Source: an uncultured Rhodospirillales bacterium (GTDB taxonomy: Bacteria; Pseudomonadota; Alphaproteobacteria; Acetobacterales; Acetobacteraceae). Taken from it: a stretch of DNA of 64,000 bases. Numbering within the stretch: position 1 is the stretch's first letter; the number at the start of each line of letters is the position of its first letter. The notes beneath the pieces were generated by a model, which did no database searches, was not told where the DNA came from, and saw only the letters and a list, made by a program, of their open reading frames with translations. The translations under genes were made by a program, and so were the position numbers. The stretch is taken from the NCBI GenBank assembly GCA_903844135.1, contig CAIMSN010000041.1:1895-65894 (forward strand), given 5' to 3'. This document shows positions 36,493-47,260 of the stretch, in pieces.

Positions 36493-38034
36493 TCAGCCTG
36501 CAACGGACTCGGACATCAGCACCTTGTCGGCGATGTGCTCGGTGACCCGGATCGCCTGCGCCACGATGGTCAGCGACGGATTGAACCCTGCCGAGCTCGG
36601 CAGGAACGACGCATCCACCACATAGAGATTATCGATATCCCAAGCCTTCGAATATGTGTCGAGAACTGAGTTCCTTGGGTCCGTGCCGAAACGTGCCGTC
36701 CCGCATTGGTGCATGGACACGGTGATGTCCATTTTCTGCGTCACGACCAGCGGAAAGCCGATCGAACGCATGATCTTCGTCCATTCCCGCACCAGCTCGC
36801 CATGCGCCTTGAGGTTGTTCGGCGTGTAGCTCAGCCGGATCTTGCCGTCCGACTCGACGCTGACGCGGTTGTTCGGATCCGGCAGATCCTCCGACATGAT
36901 CCACCAATCCACGGAGCGTTCGGCGAAACGGCTCATCACCCATTCCGGGATCCACCGCATGTTGGCCGTCAGCATGCCGCCCTGCAGCTTGCCAAGCCCC
37001 TGGATGTTGCCCATCGGATACGGCCGGACCGGGCTGGCGAGATAGAAGTCGTTGATACAGAGCGACTTCTGGAACTTCACCTTGTTCTTTCGCAGCGGAT
37101 GGATCGCCATCATGGCGGTGTTGTTGTGCGCCATGTAGTTGCGGCCGACCTGGTCCGAGCTGGTGTTGGCGAGCCCGGTCGGATGCCTGTCGGTCGCCGA
37201 GCGCAGCAGCAGGGCAGCCGAATTGATAGCTCCCGCCGCCGAGATGAACAGGTCGCCGCAGATCGTGCGGCGCCGCCCGTCCTGCTCGACCTCGATGCCG
37301 GTCACCCGCTTTCCGGCACTGTCGGTCAGCAACCGGATCGCCTTGGTGTCGAGCACGAGGTCGACCCGGCCGCTCGCCAGCGCAGGACCGACCAGCCGCA
37401 CCTCGGCATCGTTCTTGGCGCCCAGCTTGCAGGCGAAGCCGTCGCAGGTGGCGCAGCGGATGCAAGCCCCACCCTCGTGCCGGTCGATCGCAATCGGCAG
37501 CGGGAAGGGACGCAGGCCCCGCTTGCGGAGTCTTGCCGCCACCGCCTCGATCTCCGGCTCGTGACCGATCGCTGGATACGGCATCGGCCCCGAACGCGGC
37601 GGCTCGTGCGGGTCGGCACCCGCGGTGCCGTGCGTTCCCATCATCCGCTCGGCTTCGGCGTAGTACGGTTCGAACTCTTCGTAGCTGACCGGCCAGGCGG
37701 GCGAGACACCCGCCTCATGCTCCAACGCGGCGAAATCCTCTCTTCGGAACCGGACGGTCGCGGCACCGAAGAACTTCGAGTTGCCGCCGACATAGTAGAA
37801 GGTCGACGGGTTGAATTCGCGGCCGTTGGCGTCGAGCCAGGTTTCCTTGGTGGTGTATTTCCGGTCGTGGAACACGGCCTTGACCGACCAGTTGTCGGCC
37901 TCGCGCGGCAGATAGTTGCCACGCTCGATCATCAGCACGCGCGCGCCGGTGCGAGCCAGCCGGTTCGCCATGGCACCGCCGCCGACGCCCGCGCCGATGA
38001 TGACGATATCGTATCTGTCGTTGATCGCGGTCAC
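36493..38034 (-). CDS. GMC family oxidoreductase (FAD)
   Basis: YDIVIIGAGVGGGAMANRLA (the FAD fold) and a C-terminal HQCGTARFG / LYVVDASFLPSS motif. Confidence 0.85.
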   Translation of the reverse strand: MTAINDRYDIVIIGAGVGGGAMANRLARTGARVLMIERGNYLPREADNWSVKAVFHDRKYTTKETWLDANGREFNPSTFYYVGGNSKFFGAATVRFRREDFAALEHEAGVSPAWPVSYEEFEPYYAEAERMMGTHGTAGADPHEPPRSGPMPYPAIGHEPEIEAVAARLRKRGLRPFPLPIAIDRHEGGACIRCATCDGFACKLGAKNDAEVRLVGPALASGRVDLVLDTKAIRLLTDSAGKRVTGIEVEQDGRRRTICGDLFISAAGAINSAALLLRSATDRHPTGLANTSSDQVGRNYMAHNNTAMMAIHPLRKNKVKFQKSLCINDFYLASPVRPYPMGNIQGLGKLQGGMLTANMRWIPEWVMSRFAERSVDWWIMSEDLPDPNNRVSVESDGKIRLSYTPNNLKAHGELVREWTKIMRSIGFPLVVTQKMDITVSMHQCGTARFGTDPRNSVLDTYSKAWDIDNLYVVDASFLPSSAGFNPSLTIVAQAIRVTEHIADKVLMSESVAG

Positions 38035-38077
38035 AGAGTCCCTCCCTCGGGGAAGATTATTCTCGGTCCGGCCCGTC

Positions 38078-39622
38078 TCACATCACCGCGCCAACCTGCC
38101 AGGGCACGAACTCGTTGTCGCCATACCCGAGCGTTTCGCTCAGGGTCGCCCTGCCGGACGCGGTCTCGATCATGAGGCGGAAGATGCGCTCGCCGAGTTG
38201 CTCCACCGTCTCCGCTCCGGTGATCACCGTGCCGCAATCGATATCCATGTCCTCGGACATGTGGCGGAACATGTCGGAGTTCGACGCGAGTTTCAGGGAC
38301 GGTGCGGGCTTGAAGCCGGAGACGGAGCCGCGACCGGTGGTGAAGCAGATGAGGTTGCAACCGCCCGCCACCTGCCCGGTGACCGCCACCGGGTCGTAGC
38401 CGGGCGTGTCCATGAACACGAGGCCCGGCGTCTCGACCCGCTCGGCATATTCGAGCACCCCCTCGAGCGCCGAACTGCCGCCCTTGGCGACCGCACCCAG
38501 CGATTTCTCGAGAATCGTCGTCAGGCCGCCGGCCTTGTTGCCGAACGACGGGTTGTTGTCCATCTCGGCATTGTTGCGCTCGGTATAGTCGCGCCACCAG
38601 GCAATGCGCGCGAGCAGCTTTTCCGCAACCGCCGGCGAGGATGCGCGGCGTGTCAGCAGATGCTCGGCACCATAGATCTCCGGTGTCTCGGCGAGCACGA
38701 CCGTGCCGCCATGACGCACCAGCAGATCCGCCGCGTGGCCGAGGGCGGGGTTCGCGGAGATCCCGGAATACCCGTCCGACCCGCCGCATTCGAGGGCCAG
38801 CACCAGCCCCGAGACCGGCATCGGCTGCCGCCGCGCCGCACCCACCGCCGGCATCATCGCCTCGACAGCTTCGATACCCGCCTCGATCGTCCGCCGAGTG
38901 CCGCCGACCGCCTGGATTGTCATGGTTCGCAGCCGGTCGGATTGCGCGAGCCCCTCGCGCGCGAGCAGCGCCGGGATCTGGTTGGTCTCGCAGCCGAGCC
39001 CGATCATCAGCACGCCGCCGACATTGGGATGCGTGGCGTAGCCCGCGATCGTGCGCGTCAGATAGCGGTATCCTTCGGTAGCGGTATTGATCGCGCAGCC
39101 GCCGCCATGCGTCAGACCGATCACCCCGTCGACGCCCGGATGGCGCGCCATCACCCCAGGCAACGCGAAATGCGCCGCCACCGCCCGGCTCACGGTCGCC
39201 GAGCAGTTCACCGACGCGATCACAGCGATGAAATTGCGCGTGCCCACGCGCCCGTCCGGCCGGCGATAACCCTCGAACCGGATCTGCTCCGCCGCGGCCA
39301 CATAGTCGGTCGGCCGGGCGTCGACGCAGAACGCATGGTCGCGGGTGAATTCGCCGACCGCGAGATTTTGCGTATGGACGTGCTCGCCGGCTTCGATGTC
39401 CGCGGTCGCGAAGCCGATGATCTGACCATATTTGCGGACCGCCTCGCCGCGGGCGATCGCCGCCGCCGCCATCTTGTGCCCGCGCGGGATCGCCTCGAGC
39501 GGACGCAGGCCGTCGACCTCGCCGCTCGCGTGCGGTTCGATCCGCGACCGCGCCACGACGACGTTGTCTGCGGCGTGCAGACGGATCCAGGAGGGTGCGG
39601 CGTGCAGTGTGCCGTCCATCAT
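38078..39622 (-). CDS. UxaA family (altronate/galactarate-type) sugar-acid dehydratase
   Basis: N-terminal SAF domain (DNVVVA...IPRGHK.A...I..GE.V.KYG) and a large UxaA C-terminal domain (GLTHGGGC, VLAETPE). Confidence 0.85.
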   Translation of the reverse strand: MMDGTLHAAPSWIRLHAADNVVVARSRIEPHASGEVDGLRPLEAIPRGHKMAAAAIARGEAVRKYGQIIGFATADIEAGEHVHTQNLAVGEFTRDHAFCVDARPTDYVAAAEQIRFEGYRRPDGRVGTRNFIAVIASVNCSATVSRAVAAHFALPGVMARHPGVDGVIGLTHGGGCAINTATEGYRYLTRTIAGYATHPNVGGVLMIGLGCETNQIPALLAREGLAQSDRLRTMTIQAVGGTRRTIEAGIEAVEAMMPAVGAARRQPMPVSGLVLALECGGSDGYSGISANPALGHAADLLVRHGGTVVLAETPEIYGAEHLLTRRASSPAVAEKLLARIAWWRDYTERNNAEMDNNPSFGNKAGGLTTILEKSLGAVAKGGSSALEGVLEYAERVETPGLVFMDTPGYDPVAVTGQVAGGCNLICFTTGRGSVSGFKPAPSLKLASNSDMFRHMSEDMDIDCGTVITGAETVEQLGERIFRLMIETASGRATLSETLGYGDNEFVPWQVGAVM

Positions 39623-40296
39623 TTCTCTCCCTCCACGAAGATGCCCTCGCCCGCGCGCAGCAGCCCGGACATGACCTCGAACGAGGATTCGAGGTGGATG
39701 CGCATCGCCAGTTCGGCCTGGTCGGCCTTGCCACGCTTGACCGCGTCGGCGATGGCGGCGTGCTGCTCGGTGACGCGCGCGAGATGCCCGGGCACGGTCG
39801 CCGAGAGCTGGCGCATCCGGTCGAGATCGACCTTGGCGATCATGATGAACTTCCAGAGCCGCGTCATGCCGCTCATCCGCGCCAACGAGAAATGAAGCGC
39901 ATCGTCCTCGTCGAGATAGCGCTCGAGCCGTCCGCTCGTGACGATCTCGCGCATGCGCAGGATGACGCGATCGAGCGCACGCGAATCGTCTTCGGTTGCC
40001 AGCGACGCCGCCCGGCGCACCCCCTCCACCTCGAGCGCACGACGGATCACGAATCCCTCTTCGGCCGAACGGTAGGAGATGCGGCTGACATAGGTGCCGG
40101 AATGCGGCACGACCACCACGAGCCCCTCCTCGGCCAGACGCTGGACCGCCTCGCGCACGGGCGTGCGCGAGACCTCCCAGGTGGCGCAGAGCTCGCGTTC
40201 GACGATTGGCGCCCCCGGCGCCATCTCGAGCATGACGATGGAATGGCGGAGCAACTCATATATCTGATCGGCTTTCTGAACTGGCCGGTTTCGCAT
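39619..40296 (-). CDS. GntR family transcriptional regulator (FadR/FCD subfamily)
   Basis: The wHTH region is LCATWEVSRTPVREAVQRLAEEGLVVV. The C-terminal helical FCD-like domain carries His residues. 4-nt overlap with the dehydratase gene. Confidence 0.85.
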   Translation of the reverse strand: MRNRPVQKADQIYELLRHSIVMLEMAPGAPIVERELCATWEVSRTPVREAVQRLAEEGLVVVVPHSGTYVSRISYRSAEEGFVIRRALEVEGVRRAASLATEDDSRALDRVILRMREIVTSGRLERYLDEDDALHFSLARMSGMTRLWKFIMIAKVDLDRMRQLSATVPGHLARVTEQHAAIADAVKRGKADQAELAMRIHLESSFEVMSGLLRAGEGIFVEGEK

Positions 40297-40456
40297 CGAC
40301 GCATTCTCTCCGCCGCGACGCTACAAGGAAATATCAGAGCCTGGCAAACGCTTTCTCAACACGCTTGACAAGTCTCATATATCTGCTCCACCGTCCGTCG
40401 CGGACCAGAGGCTGCGAAGACGGCCAGGCAGTTCGCCAGGGAAAGGGACGGGGCGC

Positions 40457-41566
40457 GTGAGCTCGATCAGCTACTTGACCCGCATCGAGTTCGGCGAGGG
40501 TGAGGCAAGACGCCTTCCCGAACTGCTCGCCGGGATCGGCGTCCATCGGCCGATGATCGCGACCGACCGGGGCCTGGTCGCGACCGGCCTCGTGGCGCGA
40601 CTCACCGAGAGCCTCGATGCCGCGACTTTGTTCGACGCCACCCCGCCGAACCCGACCGAGGAAGCGGTGATGGCCGCGCATCGGCTCTATGTCGAGCAGG
40701 GGTGCGATGGCATCGTCGGGCTCGGCGGCGGCTCCTCGATCGACCTCGCCAAGGCCGTGCGCCTGCTGACCGGCCACCCAGCCCCGCTCGGCCAGTATGC
40801 CGCCATCAACGGCGGCGTCGCCCGTCTCCACGGGCGGATCTGCCCGATGATTGCCGTGCCCACCACGTCGGGCACCGGATCCGAGGTCGGCCGCGCCGCC
40901 GTGATCATTACCGCGGAGGGCCGCAAGCTCGGCATCATCTCGCCGCACAATCTGCCGACGATCGCGCTCTGCGATCCCGAACTCACCTACGGCCTGCCGC
41001 CCGGGCTGACGGCGGCGACCGGGATGGACGCCCTCTCGCACTGTCTCGAAACCTATATGGCGCCGAGTTTCAACCCGCCGGCGGAGGCGATCGCCCTGCA
41101 CGGTCTCGAAACCGGTCTGCACTCGATCGAGCGCGCGACGCGATTTGGACAAGACCGAGCGGCCCGGCGCGATATGATGGTCTGCGCGCTCGAAGGCGCA
41201 TTGGCGTTCCAGAAGGGCCTCGGCGCGGTCCATGCGCTCACCCATCCGCTCGGCGCGATCCGCAGCCTCAATCTCCATCACGGCACGCTCAACGCCGTCC
41301 TGATGCCGGCCGTGCTCCGCTTCAATCGTGAGGCGATCGGCGAGAAATGGACCGTGCTCGCACGCCTGATGGGCGGCGAGCCGGCGGAGATCGTCGCCGC
41401 TCTGAACACGCGGCTGGACCTGCCATCGGGGCTGGTGGCGATGGGTGTGACGGACGCGATGATGCAAGACGTGTCGCAGGCGGCGCTCCACGACCATTGC
41501 CACGCGACCAACCCGAGGACGCCGACCCGGGACGACTATCTGGAGATCCTGCACCAGTCCCGCTGA
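40457..41566 (+). CDS. iron-containing (group III) alcohol dehydrogenase
   Basis: GLGGGSSIDLAKA, PTTSGTGSE and the H..H metal-ligand region (ALSHCLE, HALTHPLG). GTG start. Confidence 0.85.
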   Translation: MSSISYLTRIEFGEGEARRLPELLAGIGVHRPMIATDRGLVATGLVARLTESLDAATLFDATPPNPTEEAVMAAHRLYVEQGCDGIVGLGGGSSIDLAKAVRLLTGHPAPLGQYAAINGGVARLHGRICPMIAVPTTSGTGSEVGRAAVIITAEGRKLGIISPHNLPTIALCDPELTYGLPPGLTAATGMDALSHCLETYMAPSFNPPAEAIALHGLETGLHSIERATRFGQDRAARRDMMVCALEGALAFQKGLGAVHALTHPLGAIRSLNLHHGTLNAVLMPAVLRFNREAIGEKWTVLARLMGGEPAEIVAALNTRLDLPSGLVAMGVTDAMMQDVSQAALHDHCHATNPRTPTRDDYLEILHQSR

Positions 41567-41615
41567 TCCAGGACCGCGCTTCTGCCAACGATAAAATCGG
41601 ACAAGGGGAACGACA

Positions 41616-42656
41616 ATGAACGACGACGCTGCATCCAAAGCGGGGACGCCAATCGACGGCTTGCGACTGACACGGCGCGGCGTGCTCTCCGCCGGCGCCG
41701 CTGCGGCGGTGGCGGCAACCATCATGCGTCCCGGTTTCTCGCGCGCGCAGAACAAGGACGTCAAGTTCTGCGCGTCGCTCGGCTGGACGGTCTGGGAGTC
41801 CGGTCGCCACATCTCGAACGGCTTCAAGGACGCGGTGAAGGTCCTCGGCGGCCAGCTCACCATGAGCGACGCGAACTACGACGTGAAGAAACAGGCCGAC
41901 CAGATCCTGGCCTTCGTCGATTCCAAGCCTGACGCTATCTTCATCGTGCCGGCTGACAGTTCGGCGATCTCGGGCGCGGTCGACCAGGCGGTCAAATCGG
42001 GTATCCCGATCTTCGTGGCCGACAGCTACGTGCCGCACACCACCGTGACCACCACGGCGATGTCGAACAATTTCGGACTGGGTCTGTCCTCCTCGCAGTA
42101 CATCGCCGACACGCTCGGTGGCAAGGGCAAGGTGGCGCTCGTCTCGCTCCCCTCCAACGAGAGCTGGGATCAGCGCACGCTGGGCGCGAAGGCGACCTTC
42201 GGCCGCTATCCGGACATCAAGATCGTCTCCGATATCGCCTACGCACTCGGCGGCCAAACCACGCCCCGCCAGGTGGTCGACCAGATCCTGACCGCCAATC
42301 CCGAACTCGATGCGATCTGGTGCGCCTGGGATGGTGCGGCGACGCAAGGCGCTCTCGCGATCCACGCCGCCGGGCGCAAGACCATCATCACCGGCATCGA
42401 CGGCGGTCAGCAATCCTTCGAATACATCAAGTCCGGCGGTCCGATGAAGCTCACGATGGCACAGAGCTTCTACGAGATGACCTATATGAACGCCTTCTAC
42501 GCGCATGAGCACCTGGCGGGGCGCAAGGCGCCTCGCTTCATCATCACGCCGGTCTACGCCGTGACGCAGCCCAGCCTCATAAAGCTGACCACCCTGCCGG
42601 ACAATTACGACCAGCCTGGCGAGGCCGCCAAGCTCGGCTGGACCCGCGTACTCTGA
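41616..42656 (+). CDS. sugar ABC transporter substrate-binding protein (Tat signal)
   Basis: An RRGVLSAGAAAAVAA twin-arginine leader and a periplasmic-binding-protein type I layout. AAGGGGAA RBS. Confidence 0.8.
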   Translation: MNDDAASKAGTPIDGLRLTRRGVLSAGAAAAVAATIMRPGFSRAQNKDVKFCASLGWTVWESGRHISNGFKDAVKVLGGQLTMSDANYDVKKQADQILAFVDSKPDAIFIVPADSSAISGAVDQAVKSGIPIFVADSYVPHTTVTTTAMSNNFGLGLSSSQYIADTLGGKGKVALVSLPSNESWDQRTLGAKATFGRYPDIKIVSDIAYALGGQTTPRQVVDQILTANPELDAIWCAWDGAATQGALAIHAAGRKTIITGIDGGQQSFEYIKSGGPMKLTMAQSFYEMTYMNAFYAHEHLAGRKAPRFIITPVYAVTQPSLIKLTTLPDNYDQPGEAAKLGWTRVL

Positions 42657-42686
42657 CGAACACCGAGCGCGCGAGAGGACAGCACG

Positions 42687-44207
42687 ATGGAGGCGGAACG
42701 GGACATCGTGCTCTCGGCGTCGGGGATCGAGAAGCGCTTCGGTGACGTGATCGCCCTCGACTGCGTGGATTTCGACCTGCGCGCCGGTGAAATCCACGCC
42801 CTGCTGGGCGTCAACGGCGCCGGAAAGTCCACCCTCATCAAAATCCTCTCCGGCGTCTACGCCAAGGATGGTGGAACCGTCACCATACGCGGCGAGCCGG
42901 TCGAACTGGGCACGCCACGCGCCGCGATCGAGGCCGGTATCGCCGTGGTGCAGCAGCATCCCGAGCTGGTATCCGATCTCACAGGTGCGGAAAACATCTT
43001 CCTCGGCCAGGAAGCACCCCGGCCCGGCCTGTTCCGCAGAGTCGACGCCGCCGGAATCGCGTCGCGCGCCGCACGTCTGCTGCACCGCTTCCCGATCCGC
43101 ATAGACCTCGACCAGCGCATCGGCGACATGCCGCCGGTGGAGCGCGAAATCGTGGCGATCCTGCACGCGTTGCGACTCGAGGACGCGCGCATCCTCATTC
43201 TCGACGAGCCGACCTCGACCCTCACCGAGCGCGAGAAGTCCTCACTCTTCGCGATGATGCGGACGCTGCAGGCCTCGGGTATCGCAATCATCTACATCAC
43301 GCACAGGCTCGAGGAAGTCTTCGAGATCGCCGACCGGTTCACGGTCTTTCGCGGAGGCCGCAACGTCGCCACCATGACCGTCGCAGACGCCCGCGCCACC
43401 CGCGCGTCGATCCCGAACCTCATGCTCAACGAGGCCGCCGGCGAGATCTTCCCACCACACGGCGACGAGCAGGAGGGTGAGATCCTGCTCGAAACGCGCG
43501 ACCTCGGCCGCGAGGCGGCGTTCGAGGGTATTTCGTTCGCCGCGCGTCGCGGCGAGATCCTCGGCATCTTCGGCCTGATCGGCTCCGGCGTCGACGCGCT
43601 GTCGAAGGTCCTGTTCGGCGCCATCCGAGCGGACACCGGCGAGATCCTGCTCCACGGGCGCTCCGTGCGGCTGCGTTCGCCGGCCGACGCGCTCGCCCAC
43701 GGCATCTTTCTCGTGCCGGGCGACCGCCGCAGCGAGGGGCTCAGCATGGAGGAGGACGTCGTTTTCAACATGACGCTCGCCAATCTGGGCCGCGCCTCGT
43801 GGTGCGGCTTCATGCGCGCTGGCGCCAACCGGCGCGTCGCCCGTGACCTGATGCGGCGCGTCGACCTGCAGCCGATGCGGCTCGCCCGCCCGCTCAGGGG
43901 CTTCTCCGGCGGCAACCAGCAGAAGGTGGTGATCGCCAAGGGGCTCTACCGGCGGGCGCAGGTCTACATCTTCGTCGAGCCCACCATCGGCGTCGACATC
44001 GGCGCACGGGCCAAGATCTACCTGCTGATGCGCGATCTCGCCCGCGAGGCGGCCGTCATCGTCATGTCGTCCGATTGCGACGAGGTATACGGCGTCGCCG
44101 ACCGAACCGTCGCCCTCTACAAGGGAAGCCCGGTCGGTCATCCGGAGCGCGGCATCCCGCGCAACCAGCTTCTGCACGCCGGCATCATGGGGAGGCTGGA
44201 CCAGTGA
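42687..44207 (+). CDS. sugar ABC transporter ATP-binding protein (duplicated ABC domains)
   Basis: GVNGAGKST, a second degenerate Walker A, LSGGNQQKV-like FSGGNQQKVVIAK. 506 aa. Confidence 0.85.
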   Translation: MEAERDIVLSASGIEKRFGDVIALDCVDFDLRAGEIHALLGVNGAGKSTLIKILSGVYAKDGGTVTIRGEPVELGTPRAAIEAGIAVVQQHPELVSDLTGAENIFLGQEAPRPGLFRRVDAAGIASRAARLLHRFPIRIDLDQRIGDMPPVEREIVAILHALRLEDARILILDEPTSTLTEREKSSLFAMMRTLQASGIAIIYITHRLEEVFEIADRFTVFRGGRNVATMTVADARATRASIPNLMLNEAAGEIFPPHGDEQEGEILLETRDLGREAAFEGISFAARRGEILGIFGLIGSGVDALSKVLFGAIRADTGEILLHGRSVRLRSPADALAHGIFLVPGDRRSEGLSMEEDVVFNMTLANLGRASWCGFMRAGANRRVARDLMRRVDLQPMRLARPLRGFSGGNQQKVVIAKGLYRRAQVYIFVEPTIGVDIGARAKIYLLMRDLAREAAVIVMSSDCDEVYGVADRTVALYKGSPVGHPERGIPRNQLLHAGIMGRLDQ

Positions 44208-45178
44208 GGACCCACCCCGTCCTGATGCGCCTGCTGGCATTCGCCGCGATCGTCGCCGTGGTCGCCTGCGTCTTCCAGTCTCTGACGCCGACCTTCCTGA
44301 CAGCGGAAAATCTGCGCGGCCTGCTCCGCCATATGGCGATCAACGGGCTCGCCTCCCTGGGCCTGACGTTCGTGATCGTCGTCCGCCACGTCGACCTTTC
44401 CTTTCCGGGTGTCGCTTCGCTGGGCGCCATGACGCTCGGCTGGCTGATCTCGACGAACGCTCCGCTCCTCGAAGCCGTCTGCGGCGCGATGGCGGTGGGG
44501 GCGGCGTTCGGCCTGCTCAACGGCATCGCCGTCGCACGCCTGAAGCTGCCCGACATCGTCACCACCATCGCGACCGGCGGCCTCGCCATCGGGTTGGCCT
44601 ATTTCTACTCCGACGGAACCACGATCTCGCAGAACTTCATGATGTCGGGGCTGCTGGATCTGAACGACGCAAAGGTGTTCGGCATCGACGAGCCCTTCGC
44701 GATCCTGCTCGCTACGGCGGTCATCGCCTACCTCGTGCTCCATACCTCGCGGGCCGGGCATGCCTTCTACGCTACCGGCGAGAATCCGGTCTCCGCACGC
44801 TTCTCCGGCATCGGCGTGCGCCGCACCGTGGTGCTCGCCTTCATCATCTGCGGCGTCACCGGTTGCTTGGCCATTATGTTGCTGGTGGCCTCCGCAGGGG
44901 CCTCCGACGTCACCGCCGGAAACCAGTTGTTGATGCCCGCCTTCGCCGCGGTCTATCTCGGTGCCGCCTTGTTCGGCCGACCCTCGGTGCCCGCGACCAT
45001 GGCGGGCACGCTGCTGATGTCGATGATGCTGAGCGGGTTCGTGCTGCTGGCGACGCCGTACTACTACTCCGACGCGATCGTCAGCACCGTCCTGATCGCG
45101 GCTATCCTCGCCTTCGATCCCGACCTCCTCCGGGCCGTGCGACACGGCATCCCGACCGGCCGGGAGCGGGCCGTATGA
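44204..45178 (+). CDS. ABC transporter permease (ribose/monosaccharide type)
   Basis: Polytopic. The GTG at 44204 overlaps the ATPase stop (GTGA). An alternative ATG lies at 44225. Confidence 0.75.
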   Translation: MRTHPVLMRLLAFAAIVAVVACVFQSLTPTFLTAENLRGLLRHMAINGLASLGLTFVIVVRHVDLSFPGVASLGAMTLGWLISTNAPLLEAVCGAMAVGAAFGLLNGIAVARLKLPDIVTTIATGGLAIGLAYFYSDGTTISQNFMMSGLLDLNDAKVFGIDEPFAILLATAVIAYLVLHTSRAGHAFYATGENPVSARFSGIGVRRTVVLAFIICGVTGCLAIMLLVASAGASDVTAGNQLLMPAFAAVYLGAALFGRPSVPATMAGTLLMSMMLSGFVLLATPYYYSDAIVSTVLIAAILAFDPDLLRAVRHGIPTGRERAV

Positions 45179-46188
45179 GCGACGTCGCCGAAGCCAGGCC
45201 GTTGCCCCCCGGCCTCGCGACCACCCGCAGCACCGACCGACGCCATCCCTGGGCGATACGCTACGGCTTCTTCCTGTTCGTCATGGCTGTCTTCGCAGTC
45301 CTGGCGGTGATGCGCCCGACCTTCGCCAATGCCGGCAACATCGAAAGCATGCTTGTGTCGGCGGCGATCGCCGCCCTGATGTTCCTCGGCCTGACCTGGA
45401 TCGTGGCCGCCGGCGAGATCGACGTCAGCTTCATGTCGGTGGCGACCCTGGCGAACATGGTCACCGCCAGCATGGTCGAGCATCGCGCCGGATGGCCGGC
45501 AGCCAGCCTCGCGGGCATGACCGCAGGGCTCGTGTTCGGCGCCTTCAACGCGCTCCTCGTGGGTATCCTGCGGCTGCCGGCGCTTGTGATCACCATCGCC
45601 TCGGGCGCCCTCGCCGCCTCGATCGCCGCCGCGATCGGCAGCGGCACCTCGATCTCGCTCGGCTCCACCGGCTTCGTCGGCGCCATCCTGGAGGCGCGCG
45701 CCGGTCCCGTGCCGCTGGTCGCGATCCTCGTGGTCCTGCTCTATGCCGGTGCCTGGTTCGTCCAGGAGAAGCTGACGCTCGGCACCTACATCTACGCCAT
45801 GCAGCAAAACCGCGCCGCGGTGATCGAGGCCGGCGTGCCGGTCAGGCGGCTGGTCGCGCTGCTCTACGTGCTCTCGGGCATCGTCGCTGCGGTCGCGGGC
45901 ATCCTGCTCGCGGCCAACCTCTCGTCGGGCCAGCCCTATCTCGGCGGTTCCTATTTCCTGAACGGCCTCACCGCGGTGCTGCTCGGCGGCATGGCGCTCA
46001 AGATGGGCAAGCCCAACGTGCTTGGCACGCTGGCGGGAATCGTGTTCCTGGTCGGCTTCCTCAACGGGACCGCCCTTCTGGGCTGGACCGACAGCCGGAG
46101 CCAGATCGTGCGCGGCTTGTTGCTCCTGATCAGCGTCGGCCTGATTGTCTTCGCCAACGACCGAAACCGCCGCACCCGCCGCGGCTGA
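45175..46188 (+). CDS. ABC transporter permease (second subunit)
   Basis: Polytopic. The ATG at 45175 overlaps the previous stop (ATGA). Confidence 0.75.
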   Translation: MSDVAEARPLPPGLATTRSTDRRHPWAIRYGFFLFVMAVFAVLAVMRPTFANAGNIESMLVSAAIAALMFLGLTWIVAAGEIDVSFMSVATLANMVTASMVEHRAGWPAASLAGMTAGLVFGAFNALLVGILRLPALVITIASGALAASIAAAIGSGTSISLGSTGFVGAILEARAGPVPLVAILVVLLYAGAWFVQEKLTLGTYIYAMQQNRAAVIEAGVPVRRLVALLYVLSGIVAAVAGILLAANLSSGQPYLGGSYFLNGLTAVLLGGMALKMGKPNVLGTLAGIVFLVGFLNGTALLGWTDSRSQIVRGLLLLISVGLIVFANDRNRRTRRG

Positions 46189-46207
46189 GACCAGGAGTTC
46201 CAGACAG

Positions 46208-47245
46208 ATGGCGGCCATACTCGCGACCACGCCGCGCGCCGTCGCCGAAACCGGTCTCACGGTCACGGCACTCGGGGTCGGCACCGCCCCGCTCGGCGGC
46301 CTCTACGCCGACGTGCCCCGCGCGCAGGCGCTCGACGTGCTGGACTGCGCCTGGGAGCGCGGCATCCGCTACTTCGATACCGCACCGATGTACGGACTGA
46401 CCCGCTCCGAGCACCTGACCGGCCACGTGCTGCGCGAAAAGACCGAGCCGTTCACACTCTCCACCAAGGTCGGCCGGCTGATGACCAACGAACGGGTCGG
46501 CCGCACGCTCCCGCCCGAGCCACCGCGCAATCCGCTCGATCCCGGTTTCTTCAACGCCCTGCCATTCCGCGAGGTCTTCGACTACAGCTACGATGCGATC
46601 CTTCGCAGCTACGACGACAGTCAGCAGCGCCTCGGGCTGCGACGCCTCGACCTTCTCTACGTCCACGATATCGGCCGCGTGACGCACGGCGAACGACACG
46701 ACCACCACTGGTCGGCACTGACCAAGGGTGGCGGCTTCCGGGCGCTGCAGGCATTGAAGGCTGCAGGGTGCATCGGCGGCTTCGGCCTCGGCGTGAACGA
46801 GTGGGAGGTGATCCGCGACGCCCTCGAAGAGACGGACCTCGATTGCAGCATGCTCGCCGGCCGCTACTCGCTCCTCGACCGGGATGCCGCCGAGACGTTT
46901 CTGCCGTTGGCAAAGCGCCGCGGCGTCGCGGTGGTGATCGCCGGCGTCTACAATTCCGGTATCCTGGCAGCACCGGTCGGTGGCCGCCGCAAATTCAACT
47001 ACACCGATGCACCACCCGAGATCCTCGCCCGGGTCGAAGCGCTCCGTGGCGTATGCGACGATCACAATGTCCCGCTCGCCGCCGCCGCCATCCGCTTCCC
47101 GATGCGCCATCCCGCGGTGACCTGCGTCGTCATCGGCGCGAAAACCCGCGATCAGCTCGAGAAGAACATCGGCTGGTTCGACACCGCGCTGCCCGAGGCG
47201 CTGTGGCCGGCCTTGGACGAGGCTCTCGCACCACGCAACGCGTAA
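46208..47245 (+). CDS. aldo/keto reductase (aldose 1-dehydrogenase-like, e.g. L-fucose/D-threo-aldose dehydrogenase type)
   Basis: LGVGTAPLGGLY..., GIRYFDTAPMYG and the VIAGVYNSGIL pattern. Confidence 0.75.
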   Translation: MAAILATTPRAVAETGLTVTALGVGTAPLGGLYADVPRAQALDVLDCAWERGIRYFDTAPMYGLTRSEHLTGHVLREKTEPFTLSTKVGRLMTNERVGRTLPPEPPRNPLDPGFFNALPFREVFDYSYDAILRSYDDSQQRLGLRRLDLLYVHDIGRVTHGERHDHHWSALTKGGGFRALQALKAAGCIGGFGLGVNEWEVIRDALEETDLDCSMLAGRYSLLDRDAAETFLPLAKRRGVAVVIAGVYNSGILAAPVGGRRKFNYTDAPPEILARVEALRGVCDDHNVPLAAAAIRFPMRHPAVTCVVIGAKTRDQLEKNIGWFDTALPEALWPALDEALAPRNA

Positions 47246-47260
47246 CACTCCGGAGACACC

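Noticed and set aside
40300-40456. Sigma-70-like promoter elements in the GntR / Fe-ADH divergent intergenic region (TTGACA at 40365-40370 on the + strand; TTGAGA-N17-TGATAT on the - strand)
   Set aside because: The + strand TTGACA has no acceptable -10 element at 16-18 nt. The - strand pair is plausible but only a partial consensus match. Without transcription-start data I do not list them as features.
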